Origin: Phycisphaerae bacterium
Lineage (GTDB): Bacteria; Planctomycetota; Phycisphaerae; UBA1845; Fen-1342
Assembly (NCBI GenBank): GCA_963675745.2
Contig: CAXXWX010000017.1
Coordinates: 32,001 to 96,000, forward strand
Length of the DNA stretch: 64,000 nt
Reading direction: 5' to 3'
In this document: one piece after another, positions 31,964-41,027 of the stretch
How the letters are laid out: the number at the start of each line of letters is the position of its first letter
Numbering within the stretch: position 1 is the stretch's first letter
Program-made: the position numbers and the translations under genes
Notes under the pieces: model-generated
The model's database searches: none
What the model was told of the DNA's origin: nothing
Seen by the model: the letters and a program-made list of their open reading frames with translations, nothing else

Positions 31964-32914
31964 TCAGTAATAAACCGTCCGTGTCCGGTGATGCTCGACG
32001 GCGACATCAGCATCGTGCGAGTGTTGCCATAAATGGAAATCGATCTTCCACGCCGGCACGGTTCCGTCGTATGCGCGGCGAATCAGCTCGGCAGCCTGGA
32101 TCGTGGCGGCGCGCAGCTCGACCTCTTCGGGCGAGCCGGCCACTATCTCGCTCCTGCGGTTGATTCGCTGCTCGAATTCAGACGCCAACTCCAAGATCCC
32201 CACGTGGCGCAGGTACTGCGGCAGGCGATAGTCGGCAAACGCCGTCAGCTCGTTCATCCCGGTCAGACAGTCCATGCCGTTTCGCCGCCACGTTCGATGG
32301 ATGTCCGCAGCGCAGATTTGCGCGCGTTTCAGGAATGCCACCAGAGCGTCGTCGTGCATCGCCACATCGTGGAACGATGGAAAGTGCTCGGCCAACAGGT
32401 AGGCGACCGCGCGGGCGCTTCCGCCTGCCTGCTCGACGACCTGTGCCATGCGCCCGCCGAACTGCGCCTGAAGTACCGCGCCGGTCTCGTTCAGAACCTG
32501 TCGGCGCTCGCCGAGGAGGGGAATCCGGCCCTCACCTCGAAACACCTCCGTTACCTCGGATTCGCTGGCGTTCATCCAACGCTGCGACGACAGCCATGAG
32601 TCATCTGCCTCGACGGCGCGCAGGATCGAGGCGAACATCGCGTAGGTGCGCGTCCACGTATGGCCGCGGAATTCCACACTCCACGGTTGCTCTGACCAGA
32701 AACAGAAGTTGAGGCTGTTAAGCAGCAGGCAGAGATTGGCGCTGGCGTCACGATTCCCCTGGAACTCCAGCGCGGGCGGATGCGCGGGCGACGGGAAATC
32801 ATCCGCCGTGCGACGTGCCGCCCACTTTCTCGCCGCATGCGTGTTGATTCGCACGTACCGGGCGCGCTCGAGCACGGCGGCGGTGGACTCCAGTACATCG
32901 GGGATCTTCTTCAT
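31964..32914 (-). CDS. Queuosine salvage protein (DUF2419/Qng1-like queuosine nucleotide glycosylase)
   Basis: LNFCFW, FPSFHD, KRAQI, LTAFADYRLPQYL, EEVELRAA, DFHLW, HHRTRTVYY. Confidence 0.9.
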   Translation of the reverse strand: MKKIPDVLESTAAVLERARYVRINTHAARKWAARRTADDFPSPAHPPALEFQGNRDASANLCLLLNSLNFCFWSEQPWSVEFRGHTWTRTYAMFASILRAVEADDSWLSSQRWMNASESEVTEVFRGEGRIPLLGERRQVLNETGAVLQAQFGGRMAQVVEQAGGSARAVAYLLAEHFPSFHDVAMHDDALVAFLKRAQICAADIHRTWRRNGMDCLTGMNELTAFADYRLPQYLRHVGILELASEFEQRINRRSEIVAGSPEEVELRAATIQAAELIRRAYDGTVPAWKIDFHLWQHSHDADVAVEHHRTRTVYY

Positions 32915-33027
32915 GAGCAGGTCCACAGAGGCTGTGCGCCGCGGATTCAAAGCCGTGCTTCGAAGCACGCTGTCAGGCCATTTATCCCGTTAAGCGTGTT
33001 GTAGTGCAACATCCCGATACGCACCGC

Positions 33028-33813
33028 TCAAGAACGCTTGGCCCGTAGATGCGTCTCCAGCGACTCCGCGAGTATACGAATCGTGTCCTCGGACAGCTTG
33101 GGCGGTTCGCGACCGATGATCTTCAGGAACGCTTCGTCGTTGAGAACCCACACCTCGGGGTCACGGGCCGTCCGTTCGACCCACCAACCTGGGAAGACCA
33201 CGACAGCCCGTCCAGTTGGACGCTCTTTGAGGAACTTCGCCAGCACGCCGCAAACATGGTCACGGTTGGCCCGGGCTTGTGCGATAGGGTCGCGGTCCGG
33301 CGCGTGCCCATTCACAAACACTCGCCGTCCATCGTACGTGATCGTCGCCCGACCCCGAGCTGGCTTGCTGCGGGTCTTCGTCTCTATGACGAACAGGCCG
33401 GCGGGACCGATGAGCACGTGATCGACATTGAAACCGTTGCCGGGCAGGTCGTGGAACACGTGGTAGCCGAGGGCTCGCAGCGTCTCCAACTGCTGGCCCA
33501 CCGCGCTCTCGCCACGTATGCCGAGTCTGAGATTGTTGGCCGTTCTCCGTGCCCCGGGCAACCGAATAGCCAGGATAATGGCGAGGATCGCCGCAATGAC
33601 CGTCGTGATGATGGGGTGGGGTGGCTTGGCTGAGAGGAACATGATCCACTGTCCGATTGCGATGGCCGCACACACCACACAGGCAAGCAGCCACCGTTCG
33701 ACCTCTTGCTCGAACACGCCGCTGAGCTGATCATGCGTGGAATCGCCGGGTTGGGCCAGCGGCTGCCGCTTGAGGGGATCACGTTTCGCCGAGGGTTGCG
33801 GATTCACTTGCAT
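33028..33813 (-). CDS. Membrane-anchored NERD (nuclease-related domain) protein
   Basis: Two TM helices, G..GE..V, VFHDL, NVDHVLIGPAGLFVIETK. Confidence 0.88.
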   Translation of the reverse strand: MQVNPQPSAKRDPLKRQPLAQPGDSTHDQLSGVFEQEVERWLLACVVCAAIAIGQWIMFLSAKPPHPIITTVIAAILAIILAIRLPGARRTANNLRLGIRGESAVGQQLETLRALGYHVFHDLPGNGFNVDHVLIGPAGLFVIETKTRSKPARGRATITYDGRRVFVNGHAPDRDPIAQARANRDHVCGVLAKFLKERPTGRAVVVFPGWWVERTARDPEVWVLNDEAFLKIIGREPPKLSEDTIRILAESLETHLRAKRS

Positions 33814-34127
33814 TGATGATGCCCCGATTAGAGTCGTTGAGCCACCCGATTGGTTCGACAACAGTTGTGCCATAAGCCCCCTATCCGGGCGCCCGGCCAG
33901 ATGAGCTGCCGCCAGGTAAATGCGCGCCGATAGCATATCTGACAAAACGGCGACTGGCCACTCGGCGAGTACGCCCGAGCGCGACGCCGTACGGTGCAGC
34001 GTCGCCGACTCGCGACGAGCGGCGTCATCCCCACGCTTGCCAATGGAAAGTGGAGCTACTCGAATGCCGGAGCGCGCGGCGCGTGACGCTTGCCATCTCC
34101 AATGCCGGCAGATTAGCATCGGCTGGT

Positions 34128-35117
34128 ATGGACGCGGGCAGACCTGTTCAGTTTGGCATCATTGGCGCGGGGCGCATTGCCAGGAACGCCTTCGCGCCGG
34201 CACTTGCCGCGGCCGGCAACGCGGCGTTGTCGGCCGCCGCCAGTCGTGACCTCGATCGCGCGCAGGCCCTTTGCCCCGGCCGCGCCTACGACGATTACGA
34301 ATCCCTGCTCAACGAAGCCGCTGTCGAAGCCGTTTACATCGCTACGCACAACGGCCTGCACTGCCAGCTCGCCATCCGCGCTATGGAGCGCGGCAAACAC
34401 GTGCTCTGCGAAAAGCCCATGGCGTGTAACGCTACGGAATGCGCACGGATGATCGCCGCGGCGCGCACGCACCGCCGGCACCTGGTCGAGGCCTTCATGT
34501 ACCGCTACCACCCGTGCATGGCCCAGGCACGGTCGCTGCTGGAGAACGGTACGATTGGTGATCTCAAAACAATCCACGCCTCCTTTAGCTTTCTGCTCGA
34601 CAATCCGGGCGACGTACGCCTCAAAGAATCGTGGGGCGGCGGCGCTGTGCTTGATGTGGGGTGCTACTGCGTCAATGCCTGCCGGTATCTCTTTGGGGCC
34701 ATGCCCACCGCCGTGACCGCCATGGCGGCCTCTCACCCCGCGCATCATGTGGACATGGCGCTTCACGGCATCCTGGATTTCGACGGCGGTCGCTATGGCA
34801 TTGTCTCCTGCGGCTTCGACGGCGGCGTGCGCAACCAGATTGTCGCCTGCGGGACAAGCGGAACACTGACGTTTCCCTGCGGCTTCGACACCAACCAGAA
34901 ACCCGTCAGGCTGCTCATCAGTTCTGCCGGCGTAGATCAGGAATTGGCGTTCGAGCCGGTGGATCTTTACAAGGCTGAGATCGAGGACTTCGCCCGAGCC
35001 GTGCGTGGCTCTGCGCCGCTGCTTGACGCTGAGGAGGGATTGCGGAATGCTCGCGTGATCGATGCACTGCTCGAATCGGCTCGCCAGAAAGGGGCGCGGG
35101 TCGCCGTGTCGCGATGA
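34128..35117 (+). CDS. Gfo/Idh/MocA family oxidoreductase
   Basis: FGIIGAGRIA, GKHVLCEKP, EAFMYRYHP, GGGAVLDVGCY. Confidence 0.93.
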   Translation: MDAGRPVQFGIIGAGRIARNAFAPALAAAGNAALSAAASRDLDRAQALCPGRAYDDYESLLNEAAVEAVYIATHNGLHCQLAIRAMERGKHVLCEKPMACNATECARMIAAARTHRRHLVEAFMYRYHPCMAQARSLLENGTIGDLKTIHASFSFLLDNPGDVRLKESWGGGAVLDVGCYCVNACRYLFGAMPTAVTAMAASHPAHHVDMALHGILDFDGGRYGIVSCGFDGGVRNQIVACGTSGTLTFPCGFDTNQKPVRLLISSAGVDQELAFEPVDLYKAEIEDFARAVRGSAPLLDAEEGLRNARVIDALLESARQKGARVAVSR

Positions 35118-35544
35118 TCATCGCGGCGCAGCGTGAGATGCGGGGTCGATCGTCGCGTCTGTCGTCGACGTTGATCGAAGAGCCGCTCGGGCAGGTATTG
35201 ACGTCATGCCCAGGGACAGTGGTTGCCGACCGTGGCCACCGTTGTCGGTGGGGGCTGCCGCGGCGAGAGTCGGCTTTGCCACCCGCATGGCGAGTCCGGC
35301 TCGAGGATCTTCCCAGGTACTGATTCCTTGGCGTTTCCCGCCCGATCGGATAGTGTAGAACCAGCGCCGTGCGGTATTTGGGGGAATGCGCCGGTGATCG
35401 TCTCGGCGGATTTGCCGTGTCCGTTGACCTGGACGCGACGTGGCGCCACGGTCAACGGCTCGCCCCGGTGCCACAGCTCTCGATGTGGGACGCGCGACGG
35501 CACAGGGCGGAGTCAGTGGCACTGGTCAAGGCCGCGGCGTGTAT

Positions 35545-35631
35545 GGAGAGGTGTCCGAGCGGCTTAAGGAGCCGGTCTTGAAAACCGGTGATAGGGCAAC
35601 CTATCCGCGGGTTCGAATCCCGCCCTCTCCG
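35545..35631 (+). tRNA. tRNA-Ser (anticodon TGA), CCA not encoded
   Basis: GGAGAGG/CCTCTCC acceptor stem, CCGGT-CTTGAAA-ACCGG anticodon arm, long variable arm GATAGG-GCAA-CCTATC, GGTTCGAATCC T arm. Confidence 0.96.
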
Positions 35632-36011
35632 TACCGATCCGCTTCGATCTGTTCCGACAGCGAGTGCTGCTCGACGCTGCCCCGAGTCGCCCTGGGCGCG
35701 CTTCGGCCCGGCGGCGTTCTCGCGAATCCACTGTTCAAGGTCCTCGGCCACGTCTTGCTCCGTCGGCCGGGCGCTCCGGGAGGCGACGCCAATAGAAAAC
35801 GCCGCGCGGGGGTACAGCCCTGCACGGCGTGTCACTTATGGCTTGTCGCACGGCGGTTGAAGGGGGCGCCAGATTGTGGACAAGGTGAGCGAGACTCGGA
35901 GCCGCATCTACCACGAGATTCGCAAGGCGATGGACCCCGCTCCGCGTACTCCTCTGCCCATCGTGGGCGGTCTCGGAACCAATCAAGATCCCGAGGGTAC
36001 GCCGCCTTTTT

Positions 36012-37140
36012 TCATCCAGCCATCAACGAAATTCGGTTATAGCTCGCAATTGCCAGGTCATAGTCACTCACTCGGCCCTGGTCAAAAGCCTGACCTGTCC
36101 TGAAGCTCCTTCCCGTCACGGCGCTGCCGCGAAACGCCACTGTTGCATCCTTCGCGCCAACTTCCGTTAGCCCGTCGGTCAACGTCTGCGAAAAGTCGCT
36201 GAATTGCTCCGGGCCACGGAAACCGAAAGGAACTCGGCCTTCGGGCGCGCGTTGTACCGATCGATGGTGATCCACCCCCCGGGCGGCGGCGGCACATGTT
36301 GCTATACCACCCACCAGACCAAGTTGCTAGACGGAACAGCGCCTGCCAGTACAACCCTTGGGAATACGACGTCGCCGCACCGACAAGCATGAGGCCCGCC
36401 TGAGGATGCCGCCAGGTGCAATCGCCACCCATCCCGGGCTGAGAGCCATGACGAGACCAACAACGAATCCGAACGCGGACCCGTGTTTGAAGCCGGACGC
36501 GAAGCTCCCGCCGCTAGCAGGCTGTCGACTCCCCCAACATCACCCATAACTGTCGCCGTGACAGTAGCGGTGATCGCAGCACGGATCGCGACTGAAATTG
36601 TCGTGCTAATGAGCAGGTTCGTGTAGGCTAGGAATTGCCCAGATGGATCCACGGCGTTGACGGGATCTAGATTCGCATATACGTAGGCGTGTCTGGTGAG
36701 CGGATCATAGTCTGTGCCACCGAATGGATCCCGCCCATTGAACCTTCCAACCAGCGGGTCATACTGCCGTGCTCGCAGGTGATACAGCCCACTCTCGGCG
36801 TCGAAGTGCTCGCCGGTGTAGCGGTGGCCGTGGCGAGCGATGATGGGCTAGCGACCGGCAGGCCGGTGTTGGCCAGGTCTTCGCCGAAGGCGTCGTAGCG
36901 GTAGTCCGTGTTGTCGACTGTGCCGGCGTCGTCGGTCAATTGCCGGGTCGAGAGTTGGCCGTCCGTGTGGAAGTAGTGCGTCGCCGGCTCGTCGGGCGCG
37001 ACGGCGTCGAGGTTGGATTCCTGCGTGACCAGATCGTCGCCGTAGGTGAAACGCTTGGTCAGCGCATCGTCGGTGAGCGTCCGCGGTTGGCGGGTTCTGG
37101 CCGTCGCCGTCGTCTTCGAACTCGGCGATCACCTGGGCGA
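36012..37140 (-). pseudogene. Fragmented Rhs core with hydrophobic linker and truncated nucleotidyltransferase-like C-terminal toxin domain
   Basis: Across frames: FTYGDDL, YFHTDGQLSTRQLTD, YRYDAFGE, RYTGEHFDAESGLYHLRARQYDP..GRF..RDP, NLDPVNAVDPSG. Distal FRGSAVTG...SDYDLA. Confidence 0.8.
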
Positions 37141-37485
37141 AGGGTTGTTGTTTATCCACCAGGAAACGCGTGATTTTCGCCAGATCCTGACCCGTGATTC
37201 CCCCTCGACAAACCTCACCCCCACTCGTATCCTCTCCCCATCAGCGCCGCACTTTTCACCCGCCAGGCGCTGCATTTTTCAACCGGCGTTTACACAGCGA
37301 GTTAGGTGCAAAGTGGTGAAAAAAGAGAGAACCGCTTGACCGGGCCCAGGTTTCGCATTATTTTATTGAAGTAAGTTTAAGAAGTGCCATGCTAAATCAG
37401 GTTTCACGCCCCGCGTTGTCCGATGGGGCCTGGCAGTGTACTCAGGGTTAGGCACGCTTGGCCGGCACGCGCATCTTGCCTTCGG

Positions 37486-37740
37486 ATGATGAAAGCTGTG
37501 GAACGCAGGGCCTGTCCATTCAAAGCGGGCCCCTTGGGGATTCGCGGCCGGCTCCGCGGCCGGTTCGATCGCGTCACTAATTGCGCTGACCTGTGCCTTG
37601 GCCGCCACGGCCAGCGCCGACGTGGTCAGTTGGAATTCGGACTGTTATCCAGCCAACTACTGGGACGGCGACACCGGCGCGCTGTGGAACGTGGCGGCCA
37701 ACTGGACGAATGACACGCTGCCTACGTTCACCGGCTCGCG
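37486..37740 (+). pseudogene. N-terminal remnant of a secreted repeat protein
   Basis: Signal-like LTCALAATASA followed by YWDGDTGALWNVAANWTNDTLP, resembling the start of the 56369-60304 protein, then breaks off. Confidence 0.45.
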
Positions 37741-37912
37741 CGTGGCTGCGTTTCCGACGTCAGCGGCGGGACTAGTGTCCATGCCGGAACGTTTGACCGT
37801 GCGAGACGGCCGGATGGGGCGGCAGGGATTGGATTGTGGCCTTACCGAAGGTGGGCAATGACGGCTCAGTGATTTCCGTTTATTGCCGAGAGGTGTTGAG
37901 GAGTATCTAAAG

Positions 37913-39429
37913 ATGTCCACGCAAAGCGCGCTGGAGTTGTGGTTCGTCACCGGTAGCCAGCACTTGTATGGCGAGGAGACACTCGCCCAAGTGGCCGAGC
38001 ATACCGAGGCGTTGGTGAAGGGGTTGTCCAGCGAAGCGCAGTTACCTGTGCGGCTCGTGCCCCAGCCGGTGCTGACTGACGCCGATGCGATTCGCGGGTT
38101 GTGCCACCGGGACGAACGCCGCCGAGCAGTGCGTCGGCCTGGTCTGCTGGATGCACACATTCTCGCCCGCGAAGATGTGGATCGGTGGACTCAGCGCTCT
38201 GCGCAAGCCGCTGGCCCACCTCCATACGCAGTTTCATCGTGACATCCCATGGTCGACGATCGACATGGACTACATGAACCTGCACCAGTCGGCGCACGGC
38301 GGGCGTGAGTTCGGCCATGTCTGCGCCCGGCTCAATCTGCCGCGCAAGGTCATTGTCGGGCACTGGCAGGACCAGCGCGTCGTCCATGAGATCGATGACT
38401 GGTCGCGTGTCGCCATCGCCTGGAACGAGATGCAGCATATGAAGATCGCGCGCCTCGGCGACAACATGCGCGATGTCGCGGTCACCGAAGGGGACAAGGT
38501 AGCGGCGCAGATGCAGTTCGGCATCAGCGTCAACGGCTACGGCCTTGGCGAACTTGTGGCGCACATGGAGGCCACCACCAAGCGCCAGATCAATGAGCTC
38601 GTGCAGCAATACGAGAGCCAATACGAAGTCGATGCGCGGCTGGGAGGCAACGGAGCCAAGCGCGGCGCGTTGGTCGAAGCGGCCCGCATCGAGCTGGGGG
38701 CTGCGCGCCTTCCTCGAGGAGGGCGGCTTCACCGCCTTCACCGATACGTTTGAGAACCTCGACGGGCTCGGCCAGCTTCCCGGAATCGCCGTCCAGCGTC
38801 TGATGGCCGAGGGTTACGGTTTCGGGGCTGAGGGCGACTGGAAGACCGCCGCCCTGGTGCGGGCGATGAAGGTGCTCGGCGCCGGGCGGTCCGGGCGGCG
38901 CGTCGTTTCATGGAGGATTACACTTATCACTTTGAGCCGGGCCGCGAGATGGTGCTCGGCGCGCACATGCTTGAAATTTGCCCCCTCGCTGGGCCAGCCC
39001 GCAAGCCGACGCTCGAGGTTCACCCGCTCGGCATCGGCGGGGCGCTCTGATCCAGTGCGACTGCGCTTCGACGCGGCCCCCGGCCGCGCGCTCAACGCCG
39101 CCCTGATCGAGGTGGGCAACCGTTTCCGCATGCTGGTAAACGAAGTCGAGATCCTCGAGACACCAGAGCCACTGCCGAAGCTGCCGGTCGGCGCGGCGCT
39201 CTGGCAGCCGCAGCCTAATCTTGCGACTGCGGCCGGCGCATGGATTCTCGCGGGCGGCCCGCACCATACGTGTCTGAGTATGGCGGTCAGCACGGCGCAA
39301 CTCGTAGACTTCGCCGAGATTGCCGGCGTGGAATTGCTGGTGATCGACGCTGAAACGCGGCTGCGTGACTTCCGTAACGCGCTGCGCTGGAACGACGCGG
39401 CCTGGTTGACCACGCGCGGTCGCGGCTAG
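37913..39429 (+). CDS. araA: L-arabinose isomerase; about four frameshifts (likely assembly errors)
   Basis: [71 protein letters not shown] across frames. Confidence 0.93.
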
Positions 39430-39688
39430 CACCCGTTCGTTGCGGCCGGGCCCGCCTCGGCCGTCGACTGAGCGGCTTGCGTGAGTGAAGGTCTGGATCG
39501 AGGGCCGGACGCAAAGGTGAGTTCTCAACGAGTGGAAGCGCGCCGGGTCAAGGTGACCCCGCGCATTGACATACGTCTGCGATCCGATCGCATTAGGAGT
39601 CGGCGCGGATGCAATTAGCGTTAGCGTCCATCGCGGGTTAGACTTTGCTGGTAAGGTCGGGCAGTCCGTCGCGTCCGCGGTGTCGGAT

Positions 39689-40933
39689 GTGGCCGAGCAA
39701 CCCAAGCCGCTGTTGCGGCCTGGCCGTGACCAGTCTGCCCGCTGGAAGAAGAACATGCACCCGTCCGGACTGCGTCGTGTTACCGAGCGCCGCGTGGCGC
39801 ATCTGCTGATGCGCTCGCCCGGGCTGACGCGTCTCGAGGTTTCCCGCCAGACCAGCCTCTCGGTCACCGCCATCGGCAAGATCATCGACGCTTTGGTAAT
39901 CGCCGGCGTCGTCGAGAAATTCGCCGCCAAGCCCACGAAGCCCGGCCCGACGCTCGGGCGCCCGGCGGAGTACTTCGCGCTGGCGCGGAGCCGGCCACGG
40001 CACGTGGCTGTTCAGCTCAATGTCAAGAACACGCAGGTGGCGGCGCTGCCGATCGCCGGTCCGGTCGGCGATATTCAAACGGCCCAGTTCCGCACCTCGT
40101 CCGACTTTAAGGCGTTTGAACGGCGGCTGACCGCGGCTGTCGGCATGTTGGATATTGATGAGCCGCTGGCCGTGCTGGTCAGCGTTCCCGGTGTGGTTGA
40201 CGAACAGACCAAACAGGTGCTGTACTCGCCCAACCTGCACTGGAGTGAGGGCACACAGCTTGTCGAGACCATTGAGCGCGCAATTCCGGGGCGCGTGGTC
40301 TTCGTCCAGGAAATTCGCGCGCTCGCGCTGGGCAACCTGGTCCGCTCTGATCCAAACGACAGCTTCCTGATGATCGATACCGGATTCGGTGTCGGCGGCG
40401 CTGTTGTCGTGGATGGTCAGTTGCAGTATGGGCCGCTGCCGCTCTCCGCCGAGATCGGACACACACCGATACACGGTAATCGACGCGTCTGTGGCTGCGG
40501 CGGCGTGGGTTGCCTCGAAACCATCCTTGGTCGCCGTGGTCTGCTCCGCACCGTTCGGGGCCACTTGAATCCGAACGTGCGCACGTGGGCGCAGTTGGTC
40601 AGCGAATTGGCCGGTAAACCGGTGCCCAAGTGTCTGCACGCGACGTTCACCGACACAGCCCGTGTGATTGCCGGGGCGCTCAATACGGCCGGTGTCGCGA
40701 AGATTGTGATTTCGGGCGATCTGGTCGAGCTCGGCGAGAGCGTGATCGAGTATTTGACCGACAAGATCAATTCGCATGCCCTGTGGGGACGGTTTGGGGC
40801 CGTAGGTGTCGAAGCGGTCCCGCGACAACGCTTGCTCGGGCTGGCTCGCGCCGGCCTCGATCGCGCCGTGCTGGAGCCGTCCGCGGCTGAAGAAGCGCTG
40901 GGCAGGCGCGCTCGCGAGATGGGCGCGCAGTAG
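39689..40933 (+). CDS. ROK family transcriptional regulator (start uncertain, 39689 or 39755)
   Basis: N-terminal HTH (LTRLEVSRQTSLS), GRP, SVPGVVD, GFGVGGA, EIGH...CGCGGVGCLE. Confidence 0.9.
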   Translation: MAEQPKPLLRPGRDQSARWKKNMHPSGLRRVTERRVAHLLMRSPGLTRLEVSRQTSLSVTAIGKIIDALVIAGVVEKFAAKPTKPGPTLGRPAEYFALARSRPRHVAVQLNVKNTQVAALPIAGPVGDIQTAQFRTSSDFKAFERRLTAAVGMLDIDEPLAVLVSVPGVVDEQTKQVLYSPNLHWSEGTQLVETIERAIPGRVVFVQEIRALALGNLVRSDPNDSFLMIDTGFGVGGAVVVDGQLQYGPLPLSAEIGHTPIHGNRRVCGCGGVGCLETILGRRGLLRTVRGHLNPNVRTWAQLVSELAGKPVPKCLHATFTDTARVIAGALNTAGVAKIVISGDLVELGESVIEYLTDKINSHALWGRFGAVGVEAVPRQRLLGLARAGLDRAVLEPSAAEEALGRRAREMGAQ

Positions 40934-41027
40934 CCACTGACCTCTGCTCAAACGGCCGCGACGCGCGGAGCGGCCGCTTGGGCGACTTCCTGAATATCAG
41001 ACTGCCTGGCTACTTGGAGCACTTGAT

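Noticed and set aside
33028..33813. NERD gene as part of an anti-phage system
   Set aside because: It stands alone, with no helicase, methylase or other defence partner nearby.
35632..36010. Integrase or att site downstream of tRNA-Ser
   Set aside because: No recombinase motifs and no duplicated tRNA 3' end were seen. The short ORFs are unrecognisable.
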